DNA of 20,726 nucleotides from a virus. The notes under the pieces were generated by a model. It was given only the letters and a program-made list of their open reading frames with translations. It was not told where the DNA came from and searched no databases. The position numbers and the translations under genes are program-made. This document shows, piece by piece, positions 1 through 8,233 of the stretch. The stretch lies in IMG/VR virus record IMGVR_UViG_3300025082_001358. The stretch is one strand, 5' to 3'. Position 1 is the first letter of the stretch. Every line of letters starts with the position of its first letter.

Positions 1-864
1 ACCCCTGATGTAGGAGTTTAAAAAAACCTTTATCATTCCTGCAGGTGTCCATAAATTCTTATCTTTAATATCTTTAGCAATAATAGGAAGATAACCTTTA
101 GCTGACTTTAAAGAACCAGCAGCCATCCTAAGGACTCTCTGGAACTTTTTAGACTCAGCAGCAGTAAACATTACATTGCCTGATGTGTCTTTGAATGTAG
201 CATCAGTTGACCATACAGCCTTGGACTTTGTAAGTCTAGAAGAATTGGCACCAAATTTGGCTGATAATGTGGCCATAGTTTTACCAGTATATGTGGTGTG
301 CCATACTATTCCAATTTTAGATGAGGTTATTTTTCTGGCCATCTGACTACGAACTGACACAGCATAAGTGATAGTATTTGGTGTGAAAACAATCACACGG
401 TCACCATCAATATCATCACCCTTCAATTCTTCTGAGGTGTATAACAAATCGCCCTGCCAAATGCCAGGGATATTTAATGCTGGGAATGTAGCCAATGCCA
501 CTTTGAGTTTTTTATTCAAACCAGCGCCTGGGTGGTTCCTGTCAATATCAGCATTGGTGTAATTAATCTTTGGAACTTTATTGAAGATATGTTTACCCCC
601 AACAAAGAACTTACCATTCTCTGGATTAATACCTGCCCAAATGGCCGGTGCACCATCCCACTTGACGGTCACATTCATCTTATTCTTACTGTGACCGCTC
701 ATCATCTTATCTAAAGCGTTGAGGAATGCTATGGCGTTTTGGCCGCCACGCACACCATTATTGAGAATATCATCCTCTAGATGTTCTAGATGGGTGTTCC
801 TATCTTCCATAAGAATGCCCAACGGAACATTATTGGCCTCCTGATATTGTTTGTAGTTATACAT
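1..864 (-). CDS. Conserved T4-like phage protein with a ligase/nucleotidyltransferase-like KxDG motif (family I recall as DUF6267, unverified); 3' end lies outside the window
   Basis: Manual translation from ATG at 864: MYNYKQYQEANNVPLGILMEDRNTHLEHLEDDILNNG...NVTVKWDGAPAIWAGINPENGKFFVG...WQGDLLY...KVFLNSYIRG. In frame at the start and at base 1 (288 codons). Not listed in the ORF track. Confidence 0.8.
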   Translation of the reverse strand, partial: MYNYKQYQEANNVPLGILMEDRNTHLEHLEDDILNNGVRGGQNAIAFLNALDKMMSGHSKNKMNVTVKWDGAPAIWAGINPENGKFFVGGKHIFNKVPKINYTNADIDRNHPGAGLNKKLKVALATFPALNIPGIWQGDLLYTSEELKGDDIDGDRVIVFTPNTITYAVSVRSQMARKITSSKIGIVWHTTYTGKTMATLSAKFGANSSRLTKSKAVWSTDATFKDTSGNVMFTAAESKKFQRVLRMAAGSLKSAKGYLPIIAKDIKDKNLWTPAGMIKVFLNSYIRG

Positions 865-928
865 ATCTTCCCAAAAATTGTGTTAAATCTTTCATCTTAT
901 CTATATATGGTATCACATCCAGGGCTAA

Positions 929-1011
929 ATGTCTTGTCTAAATTATGTCTATATCCTGACATTATTATGTTTATGTCAAAATTGTGTCGATTTTGTGTAG
1001 TCTTTGACATA
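929..1011. repeat. Cluster of ATGTC(A/T) hexamers in direct and inverted orientation (operator-like)
   Basis: ATGTCT at 929-934 and 945-950, TGACAT at 957-962, ATGTCA at 973-978, TGACAT at 1005-1010. There is also a 9-bp inverted repeat, tatgtcaaa (972-980) / tttgacata (1003-1011). Confidence 0.5.
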
Positions 1012-1046
1012 TTAGCATATTAGTCTAGTATTTTATTCTTCTTCCA

Positions 1047-1054
1047 TATTTATG
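1047..1054 (-). promoter_or_regulatory. T4-type late promoter variant CATAAATA facing the ligase-like gene
   Basis: + strand tatttatg at 1047-1054 is CATAAATA on the minus strand, a 7/8 match to the gp55 consensus TATAAATA. It is intergenic and about 180 nt upstream of the ATG at 864. Confidence 0.55.
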
Positions 1055-1058
1055 CATG

Positions 1059-1066
1059 TATAAATA
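1059..1066 (+). promoter_or_regulatory. T4 late promoter TATAAATA
   Basis: Exact consensus, ending 5 nt before the ATG at 1072 of the only large + strand gene. Confidence 0.75.
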
Positions 1067-1071
1067 TTTGT

Positions 1072-3048
1072 ATGGCAACTGCTAGTTTAAGAGCTTTACA
1101 GCAATCTGAAAAAAATAAAAAATGGTTGGGTCTAGACAAGGCCTCAGATAGAATTCCTGGCCTTATAGAAATGGTAGTAGAAGGTGATGATTTTATTCTA
1201 TCTGGTGGTGCAAAAAATCTACTAGTACAGCCCCCTAAGGCAGCAACTGGCACCTTTGTGGCTACAGGACTTATTATTGGTGATGTGACTTATACTAAAG
1301 CTCAACTCACAACGATAACCAAATCTGGAAAGGCCTGGAAAAAAGCACCGGCACCAGCTTTAACAAACGTGTTGCGACAAGTAAGAGCTTTACATAATCA
1401 AGCAGTAAAAAAGAAAACAGGCCGGTCAGGAAATGACCAACTTCTAATACTGAATGGACCTAATTTTGGAGTAGGTATAGGTAAAGTTGAAAAAACAGCA
1501 AAGTTAGGAGGTCAAGCGGGAGGAAATCCAACGGGATCACCTCCTTCTTCCATCAAGATGCAAGAATCAGTTACTTTGGCTATATTTAAAATTTTATTAG
1601 GACCAAATAGCTACAAAGGTCCGCCAGGTGCCAAAGGTTCACGCATCACTTCATCTATGTTAAAAAATCCTGAAATACATACAGCACTTGAAAATGACTT
1701 TGATAAAATTTGCATGGGAACGCTTAGTAGGCATCGGTCTTTTAACTTATCAAAAATTTGGCCAGGTCTGAAAGGAGTAAAAGACTCTAGTGGTAATATG
1801 GTGCCCGGTGCTAAACTACCAAACTCTGAAGGTGGTGATGTAAAAATGAGAGAATGGTACTATCATTTTCTATTACAATTTGAACAAGTTGAATCGGCCA
1901 CCGACCTTCCAGATGATGTATTTGATATGTTTACATATGATGATTTTTTACAATTTATTGAAAAGTTAGTTCTATCTGGTCCTCCTACTGAAGCTGCTCT
2001 CGATTCAGCAACAGCCTTCACATCTACATTAACAGTTGATGCGTCCAATAGAAGGGAAGATAAAACTTGGCCCGCCTTTGGTGTAATACCTAAAAAAGAT
2101 AGTTGGAATCCAGCTGATATTTGGTTAGTTAATACATATCATCCTAAATATCCACAGACAATTCTTAAACTAAAGCAATCCCAAACCATCATGGAAATTA
2201 ACAAAATTCTAATGGATGCCTTTAGGTCCAGACCTAGAATGATTGTAGGGATATCTTTAAAGAAATCGGATGCTCTAAGCCATTCAGCAGCAACTCATGT
2301 AGGTGCAAGACTGCATTATGATCTCATAAATTTTCATATCAAAGGAAAAATACCAGAATTAAATCCAGTCCGGTATAAGGATTTAGTAATAAATTTACCA
2401 TGGGATAAAACTCGGAAGGAATTCACAGTTATTACTAATACATTAGAAGTTAATGAGATGAAAAGAAAACCAACAAAGGCCAGGCCGAACAATTTTAAGG
2501 TTCACAAAGTAGCTGAAATGAGAATTGGTAGTGGCCAAAGTGGTACTCATAATATTAACATAGAATATAAACCAAAAAAAGGAGGAGGTCAACTAGGTAA
2601 AGTTCCTAAGACCTTACTTCCTGGACTAATACAAAAAATTACTAGCAACACCGGATATGAATTACCTACATGGAAAGCAGCTGAGGACGCCATACCTCAT
2701 TCAAACCGAGGCACAAAATATAATAATATGAAAGCGTTGGTAAAAAAAGTAAATGATTGTTCTCTATTTACTTTTAAAAATAAGACCGAACAAATGGGTA
2801 ATTTTATAGAGCATATAATAGAGGCTAAGAATGATACAAAGAAATGGAAAAAGGATAGTGCGACCCACAAATCAGTAACAATGGCTGTTCAAATGATGAT
2901 GTTTTATGGTACTCTTGTTGATATATACGGTATCAGCAAACCAGACAAACGTAGATTTAATAAATTTCTAAAAAATAGTTATAATCTAGCTCAAAAAAGA
3001 GGAGAGACTACTAAATCAGAGTTCGGACCCTTTGGAAAACTCCACTAA
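1072..3048 (+). CDS. Large late-expressed protein with a putative PD-(D/E)xK restriction-endonuclease-like core
   Basis: 658-aa ORF directly after a late promoter. It contains KMQES (candidate helix-1 Glu), WNPADIWLV (D349) and IVGISLKK (S395-L-K397), an arrangement like a PD...(D/E/S)xK catalytic motif, and ends FGPFGKLH. Confidence 0.5.
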   Translation: MATASLRALQQSEKNKKWLGLDKASDRIPGLIEMVVEGDDFILSGGAKNLLVQPPKAATGTFVATGLIIGDVTYTKAQLTTITKSGKAWKKAPAPALTNVLRQVRALHNQAVKKKTGRSGNDQLLILNGPNFGVGIGKVEKTAKLGGQAGGNPTGSPPSSIKMQESVTLAIFKILLGPNSYKGPPGAKGSRITSSMLKNPEIHTALENDFDKICMGTLSRHRSFNLSKIWPGLKGVKDSSGNMVPGAKLPNSEGGDVKMREWYYHFLLQFEQVESATDLPDDVFDMFTYDDFLQFIEKLVLSGPPTEAALDSATAFTSTLTVDASNRREDKTWPAFGVIPKKDSWNPADIWLVNTYHPKYPQTILKLKQSQTIMEINKILMDAFRSRPRMIVGISLKKSDALSHSAATHVGARLHYDLINFHIKGKIPELNPVRYKDLVINLPWDKTRKEFTVITNTLEVNEMKRKPTKARPNNFKVHKVAEMRIGSGQSGTHNINIEYKPKKGGGQLGKVPKTLLPGLIQKITSNTGYELPTWKAAEDAIPHSNRGTKYNNMKALVKKVNDCSLFTFKNKTEQMGNFIEHIIEAKNDTKKWKKDSATHKSVTMAVQMMMFYGTLVDIYGISKPDKRRFNKFLKNSYNLAQKRGETTKSEFGPFGKLH

Positions 3049-3846
3049 AAATCTTTCTACTACATCAGCCCTAGTCAAAGACACAGCACCTATGTGGAAA
3101 TCTCTGTTGTCTGTGTAGCTTAATTGTTCCATAATCTTGCGGACACATTTATCTGGTGTATTATCCTTCACAAAAAACTGACTGCCTTTTGTAACATTTG
3201 TATCACCCACCTTACCTTCTATCTGTGCTATGGTAAAGTCATACTCTTGTTTGAGTTGCTCTAGTTCTTCTGGTGTTGTTCTGGAGATATGCCTGTGTAT
3301 CATATCAAACTGAGGACAACTGGACTGCCTGATTATCTTTGGTCGTAGTTGTGGATACTTGTTCTCCCATATCTGGAAAACACACTTGACCGAATAGGGC
3401 TCTCCGTCTGGTGTTACAAACTCTCTTACAGGAGTTTCATACACCAAATGCAATACAGGATTCACTCGGTTGATAAAGGTAAACTTGGAGAAGATACTCG
3501 GTAATATCATAGCCACAACATCACTATGCTCAGCACACCTGTTGAGAAACTGCATTGCTATCTTACCCTTCCTACCAAATGGAGGATTACCGATAACAAT
3601 ATTTTTGCCAGGAGGAAACTCCCACTCAAAGAAATCTACACCAAACTTGATATCAATACCAATCTTGTTAGACGGCATCAGATTTAGAAACGCACCGGTG
3701 CCACACGATGGCTCTATGAATGTATCAAAGTTGGTGCCGTATCTGTCTATAACTTCAGCATACAATCGCTTAGCATCTTCAGGTCTTGTATAAAATTCTT
3801 CACGCTCTACTATTCTAAACTTTGAAGTCTGCAAAACGGTCAACAA
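3016..3846 (-). CDS. N6-adenine DNA methyltransferase (gamma-like motif order)
   Basis: Motif X EEFYTRP, motif I FIEPSCGTGAF, motif IV IGNPPFG. Likely TTG start at 3846, with GAGGA a few nt upstream inside the helicase 3' end. Confidence 0.85.
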   Translation of the reverse strand: MLTVLQTSKFRIVEREEFYTRPEDAKRLYAEVIDRYGTNFDTFIEPSCGTGAFLNLMPSNKIGIDIKFGVDFFEWEFPPGKNIVIGNPPFGRKGKIAMQFLNRCAEHSDVVAMILPSIFSKFTFINRVNPVLHLVYETPVREFVTPDGEPYSVKCVFQIWENKYPQLRPKIIRQSSCPQFDMIHRHISRTTPEELEQLKQEYDFTIAQIEGKVGDTNVTKGSQFFVKDNTPDKCVRKIMEQLSYTDNRDFHIGAVSLTRADVVERFLVEFSKGSEL

Positions 3847-5170
3847 TTTCTTCCTCTTGGCCTGTATCTACCAAATCTGTTTGAGCTGTTTGTGCTACAT
3901 CATACAGCTTCATCTTGCCTCTATCAACACCAACAATAAACTTCTTATTCAATGTTGGATCATTGTATCTATTCTTTAGTTGTTTTACCAGCATCTGGTT
4001 CAACTCTTCCAACTCATCGGTAGATATCAATGCAAACATCAAGTCTGCTGTGGCTGGTAGACCAAAGGATTCTGATGTATCTTCCAAACCAATATCAGTT
4101 GACACAAATCCTGTCCTTGTTGTCTGTGTTGCTGATACAATAGGCAGATTACATTCTACAGCAAGCCCTCTCAATTCTTCTGCGATGGCTTTGATGTATG
4201 TGTAAGAATTCACAGCAGCACTGGCTCTAAACCTACTCGATGCACAGATATTCAGATAATCCACATAGATGATATCTGGCTTGAAATCCTTTTTCAATGC
4301 CAACTCATTCAATAACGACCTAAAATGACCACAATGAGCAGACGCTGTTGGATATTCTTTGACTATCAATCTGCCGTGAGTTTTCTTTTGGACTTTACCA
4401 AACCTATCTTCATACATATGTCGTGGAAGGTCATGCAAATCTTCCATTGAGATATTCATTAGATTGGCATCTATTCTCTCTGCAATCTTTTCTTCTGCCA
4501 TCTCTAAAGTAATATACAATACATTCTTGCCTTGCATTAGAGTAGCTGATGCTGAATGGCACATGAATAATGACTTACCAACACCTGTGCCGGCAAGACA
4601 TACATTTAGAGTTTTCTTTGGAAGTCCGCCTTTAGTAATACGATTGAAATAATCCAAATCAAATGGAATCTTATCTTCTACTGTGTGATAAAACTCATAT
4701 CGGTCTATTGACTGCTCGAGATAATCATGTCCGATGTGTGTATCAAAGGACACTGAAAGAGCTTCTGTAAGAATAGTTGGAATAGCCTCAGGAGTTTTGT
4801 CCTTATCTTTTCCATCTATGATTTGGATGCCATTGAGTATGGCTTGATAAATGGCTTTGTCTTTACACCACTGCTCTGTTTCATCCAAGAGCCATTGCAG
4901 CTCTACTTTTGATTCAGTTATTTTTTCAGAAAGATAATCAGTAGCAGATTTATATTGGTCATCTGTATATGTTGCCTTACCAATCTCAATCAATAATGCT
5001 TCAACATCTGGATTATTTTTATATCTATCTACATAATCCCAGATAGTTTTATATATGACCTTCTCTACCTGATCTTGGAAATATTCTTCCTTGATAAATG
5101 GGATTGCCTTTCTAGTATAATCCTCATTATGAATCAGGTTGCTCAGTATTGTCGTTTCTATTCTCATCAT
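3815..5170 (-). CDS. 41: T4 gp41-like replicative DNA helicase
   Basis: Walker A AGTGVGKS, YITLEMAEE, DYLN Walker B region, SATQTTR, QLKNRY. Length 451 aa; lies downstream of uvsX as in T4. Confidence 0.96.
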   Translation of the reverse strand: MMRIETTILSNLIHNEDYTRKAIPFIKEEYFQDQVEKVIYKTIWDYVDRYKNNPDVEALLIEIGKATYTDDQYKSATDYLSEKITESKVELQWLLDETEQWCKDKAIYQAILNGIQIIDGKDKDKTPEAIPTILTEALSVSFDTHIGHDYLEQSIDRYEFYHTVEDKIPFDLDYFNRITKGGLPKKTLNVCLAGTGVGKSLFMCHSASATLMQGKNVLYITLEMAEEKIAERIDANLMNISMEDLHDLPRHMYEDRFGKVQKKTHGRLIVKEYPTASAHCGHFRSLLNELALKKDFKPDIIYVDYLNICASSRFRASAAVNSYTYIKAIAEELRGLAVECNLPIVSATQTTRTGFVSTDIGLEDTSESFGLPATADLMFALISTDELEELNQMLVKQLKNRYNDPTLNKKFIVGVDRGKMKLYDVAQTAQTDLVDTGQEEEIVDRFADFKV

Positions 5171-5471
5171 TCACCAAATTATAATTTTCATTCTGCACGC
5201 TTTCTTGTAACACCGTCATAAAGATATCACCTAAAGCATTCTTAAAATCGCTTGTCAAAACATCTACTTCATTAGGATTATACAACACTTCATACTTAAA
5301 GTCAATAGGGATTTCCTCTACACTTTCCAAATCTAAAGGTTCTCCATTTTCATCCTTTAATATTATTCTGCCATCCTTAAAAATAAAAATAACATTCTCA
5401 TAAGGACCTTCTTGTATTATTAAGGCACTTTCTTTTGTTTCTTTGTTTTCTATCCAATCAAATCTATACAT
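5127..5471 (-). CDS. Conserved hypothetical protein in the T4 gp40 position
   Basis: 114-aa acidic ORF from ATG 5471 (MYRFDWIENK...), overlapping both neighbours, directly upstream of gp41. gp40 homology is not demonstrable by eye. Confidence 0.65.
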   Translation of the reverse strand: MYRFDWIENKETKESALIIQEGPYENVIFIFKDGRIILKDENGEPLDLESVEEIPIDFKYEVLYNPNEVDVLTSDFKNALGDIFMTVLQESVQNENYNLVNDENRNDNTEQPDS

Positions 5472-6048
5472 AATGTAAATACGAATGAGCAAAATATTTC
5501 GGACCAGATACCGGCTTTCTACCGGCGTGTAGCCATGGCCACATAGGTGGAAATACTACCATTGTTCCTGCTTTTGGTTTCACCGATAAAGGTATATAAG
5601 TTCCTGGTTTATACAACTGTGGGAATTCTGTTTCACCACCTTCTTCAACATCATTTAGATAGATAAGAAAATTGAGGAATCTTTTTTCACAACCTTTAGA
5701 TGAATCCACATGGTCATCAAATCTATCAAAGCCATTAGGCAGATATCGTTTTATTCTGATAGCCTCAAAGCCATAATCTTTTGTTGTTATGGGCCACATT
5801 ATTTCAGTTATGTTACAATCTTTTTTATAGATACTAACATAATGCAGCATAGCCTCTATCAACTTTTCTCTTGTGCCTATCCATTCATCATGGTTATAAA
5901 TGTTTATCTGATTGAATGATACTACCAAATCATTCTGTTCCATCAAAACCTTTTCCTGTCGGTCCTCAAACTTCTCAAACTTGTCAATAAGAAACTCACA
6001 AGAATCCTCATCTAACACCTTATCATAGATGCGGATGTAATTATCCAT
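5464..6048 (-). CDS. 2OG-Fe(II) oxygenase, prolyl-4-hydroxylase-like
   Basis: HxD in FDDHVD, FLIYLNDVEEGGETEF, and distal His plus basic residue in WLHAGRKPVSGPKY. Confidence 0.9.
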   Translation of the reverse strand: MDNYIRIYDKVLDEDSCEFLIDKFEKFEDRQEKVLMEQNDLVVSFNQINIYNHDEWIGTREKLIEAMLHYVSIYKKDCNITEIMWPITTKDYGFEAIRIKRYLPNGFDRFDDHVDSSKGCEKRFLNFLIYLNDVEEGGETEFPQLYKPGTYIPLSVKPKAGTMVVFPPMWPWLHAGRKPVSGPKYFAHSYLHYV

Positions 6049-6346
6049 TATTGATATTCAATCTTTTTATGACTGTTGCAAAATCTTCAGCTACAGTCCA
6101 TGAATTTCCTGTGGTACTGAAAAGAAAAGTCTTATCACCCATAGGAAAAATTGACACTAAATGGTCTACATTTATAGCAAGATATTTTCCTTTCAAATCT
6201 TCCTCTTCAGCACCATTAGTAAAAACTTTATACTTACCTGTAGACATATTGGCCAACTCAGTATCATCTAATTTGATAACAGGAGTTGGTATTTCTGCCA
6301 CTTCATCTTTTTTAACCATTCTTAGTTTCTTCTTTGTTTTAGCCAT
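6041..6346 (-). CDS. Hypothetical protein; C-terminal half resembles FlbD-like small domains
   Basis: ATG 6346 overlaps the uvsX stop. [13 protein letters not shown]...[24 protein letters not shown] follows the LN.D.I..I...T.I....G..Y.V.E...EV pattern from memory. Confidence 0.55.
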   Translation of the reverse strand: MAKTKKKLRMVKKDEVAEIPTPVIKLDDTELANMSTGKYKVFTNGAEEEDLKGKYLAINVDHLVSIFPMGDKTFLFSTTGNSWTVAEDFATVIKRLNINNG

Positions 6347-7343
6347 ATTTAAACTCTTTACCAGCAGCCTCATCTAACTGTTGCATAATTTCTTCAGTAA
6401 GATACTTTTCTGGATCTTCTAGTATCTGTTTGCCAAAAAACTTTGAGCCATCTGGCAACTCATAGCGTGTAGATACCTTTTTGATAATGTCATACTTCTC
6501 AGCAAGCTCTAAAAGACCGTAATACCTGTCTAAACCCTTTGTGTAAGACAACCTAACGTCTACCATTTGATTCTCTTTTGTTAGACGGGACTTGTATGTC
6601 TTGCAATGTATGATGTTACCCACAACGTCTGTACCTACTTTGTCTTTCTTCTTTGATAGATAGATTATTTGTGAAGCGGCATACTTGAGTCCTGAACCAC
6701 CACCCATTTCTTTCTGTGGGAACATCGAACCAATTACATCATAGGTGTGATTGGTCATAATCATTGGCACTTTCAGTTTGCCAAGTTTCAATGTCAATAC
6801 ACGGAAGGTAGCCTTGACTATCTGTGACCGTGTCATGTCTTTAGTTTCTTTACCCGCTTCTGTATCTTCAATCTCTTTTGTTGTAGATAACATTCCTAAA
6901 CTATCTAGGCAAAGCAATAGAGGCTTACCCTCTCCTTCCTTCTCATAAACATCCAATACTTGTAACGCCTGGAAGCGAAACTCTTGTACCGTAGTTACAG
7001 GTAAGATGGCTATTCTAGTGGAATCTATACCACGGTCCTCTATCATATCCTTTGTGATAGCTGACTCTGACTCAAAAAACACCACATTTGCTTCTGGGTC
7101 TTCCAGAAAGGTGGCACATACACCTAATGCAAAGAACGTTTTGCCGGTCGCACTTTCGCCAGCAATCGCCGTAATTTTGTTGTTGGGTAGACCACCGTAT
7201 ATCGAGCCGCTAACCAAAGCATTGAATATGTAACTACCAGTATCCACATACCCACCAACATCAGCGGCGTCAACACCATCCGCCACAATGGCGGCGTAGT
7301 CGTTACCCGTTTCTTTGATAACATTTTTAAGAAAGTTTCCCAT
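6339..7343 (-). CDS. uvsX: UvsX RecA-like recombinase
   Basis: [14 protein letters not shown], Walker [30 protein letters not shown] 7343 with AAGGAG upstream. Confidence 0.95.
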   Translation of the reverse strand: MGNFLKNVIKETGNDYAAIVADGVDAADVGGYVDTGSYIFNALVSGSIYGGLPNNKITAIAGESATGKTFFALGVCATFLEDPEANVVFFESESAITKDMIEDRGIDSTRIAILPVTTVQEFRFQALQVLDVYEKEGEGKPLLLCLDSLGMLSTTKEIEDTEAGKETKDMTRSQIVKATFRVLTLKLGKLKVPMIMTNHTYDVIGSMFPQKEMGGGSGLKYAASQIIYLSKKKDKVGTDVVGNIIHCKTYKSRLTKENQMVDVRLSYTKGLDRYYGLLELAEKYDIIKKVSTRYELPDGSKFFGKQILEDPEKYLTEEIMQQLDEAAGKEFKYG

Positions 7344-7473
7344 TATCAAAATTCTCCTTCAATACTTTTAAATTTTCATGTATCAACCTTTCGCGTTTTT
7401 TAACATTACGTTTATTCGCACGCGCAGATGACCTTCGTTTTTTGTTTTTAATTTTTCCTTTAAGTTTTCTCAT
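7327..7473 (-). CDS. Small highly basic protein (48 aa)
   Basis: Manual translation: [52 protein letters not shown] overlap with the upstream ORF stop at 7470 and overlap with the uvsX start. Below the ORF-track size cut-off. Confidence 0.6.
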   Translation of the reverse strand: MRKLKGKIKNKKRRSSARANKRNVKKRERLIHENLKVLKENFDNGKLS

Positions 7474-7634
7474 GTTTCACACCAATAAGCTGGACTACTA
7501 GTTTGTTTCCATTTACCACCTTCTCTAAAATACCAAATACCATTCAGCGGTGATTTTATTTTACATCTCTTCCGAGCTCTACTATTTTGAGGTACAGCAT
7601 AATGATACCTCGGATTCATATGATGCTTTTTCAT
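7470..7634 (-). CDS. Small hypothetical protein (about 54 aa)
   Basis: MKKHHMNPRYHY...[23 protein letters not shown]. It fills the operon gap and its stop forms an ATGA overlap with the next ORF. Start uncertain. Confidence 0.45.
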   Translation of the reverse strand: MKKHHMNPRYHYAVPQNSRARKRCKIKSPLNGIWYFREGGKWKQTSSPAYWCET

Positions 7635-7680
7635 ACCCCATTCTGTTCTACCAATAACCAGACTATATGGATAGTCCTTG

Positions 7681-7863
7681 TTATTCTTGTTTTTCTTCCA
7701 ATAATATTGCATTTTCTTCCTTTTCATAATCACCAATACAAATAGAATAACCTGCAATCCTATCTTTATAAGTATACAACATTTCATACACCTTGTCAAG
7801 AGCTTCATAAGGTAGATGTATTATTTTTTTCTTACCTCGCCGTATGAATACTGTTAGCATCAT
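7681..7863 (-). CDS. Small hypothetical protein (60 aa)
   Basis: Starts 1 nt after the MaoC-like stop, with a GGAG Shine-Dalgarno upstream. Confidence 0.55.
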   Translation of the reverse strand: MMLTVFIRRGKKKIIHLPYEALDKVYEMLYTYKDRIAGYSICIGDYEKEENAILLEEKQE

Positions 7864-7864
7864 T

Positions 7865-8233
7865 TCACTCTCCCCTAATAATAAACGCTAAACCTTCCAA
7901 TACTTTCACTTCACCTACATATATATGGACTGTCAACTTTACTCTATTCTTCGGAAACAACTCCTCATCAACAAATATAATTTTAGCTGTATCTCCTATT
8001 CTTACAGGGGCCTTGAAATGTAATGTCTGGTCTGTATATATTACACCTGGACCATAGTAATCTACTAAACTTGCACTGATTAAACCAGCAGTCAGCATAC
8101 CGTGTATAATAGTTCCTCCAAATTTTGTCTGTTTCGCATATTCTTCATCATAATGTATGGGGTTGTAATCATTTGTTGCTTGTCCAAACGCATCAACCAT
8201 TTCTTTTGTTATTAGAATTTCCTTCTCATACAA
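7865..8233 (-). CDS. MaoC/PhaJ-like hot-dog fold (R)-specific enoyl-CoA hydratase/dehydratase
   Basis: Signature ITKEMVDAFGQATNDYNPIHYDEEYAKQTKFGGTIIHGML (D-x-N-P-x-H) and QTLHFKAPVRIGD. Start uncertain: TTG 8233 or ATG 8266. Confidence 0.88.
   Translation of the reverse strand: MYEKEILITKEMVDAFGQATNDYNPIHYDEEYAKQTKFGGTIIHGMLTAGLISASLVDYYGPGVIYTDQTLHFKAPVRIGDTAKIIFVDEELFPKNRVKLTVHIYVGEVKVLEGLAFIIRGE

Noticed and set aside
897-1010. 37-aa minus-strand ORF MSKTTQNRHNFDINIIMSGYRHNLDKTFSPGCDTIYR
   Set aside because: It coincides with the repeat/operator array, has no clear Shine-Dalgarno and no recognisable features; probably incidental, though a leader peptide cannot be excluded.
368-1023. + strand ORFs 368..562, 532..714 and 790..1023
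   Set aside because: They are antisense shadows of the motif-bearing minus-strand gene (1-864) or run across the regulatory region, with no recognisable motifs.
1050-2048. Minus-strand ORFs 1050..1253 and 1863..2048
   Set aside because: Antisense to the 658-aa gene, short and featureless.
5464-6048. 2OG-Fe(II) oxygenase as a TET/JBP base hydroxylase supplying the glycosyltransferase
   Set aside because: Its motifs (YLNDVEEGGETEF) are of the prolyl-4-hydroxylase-like type that is abundant in marine phages, not TET/JBP, and it is not adjacent to the GT.
7635-7808. Long 112-aa version of ORF 7470..7808
   Set aside because: The extension overlaps most of the better-supported 7681..7863 ORF in another frame; a start near 7634 is more plausible.
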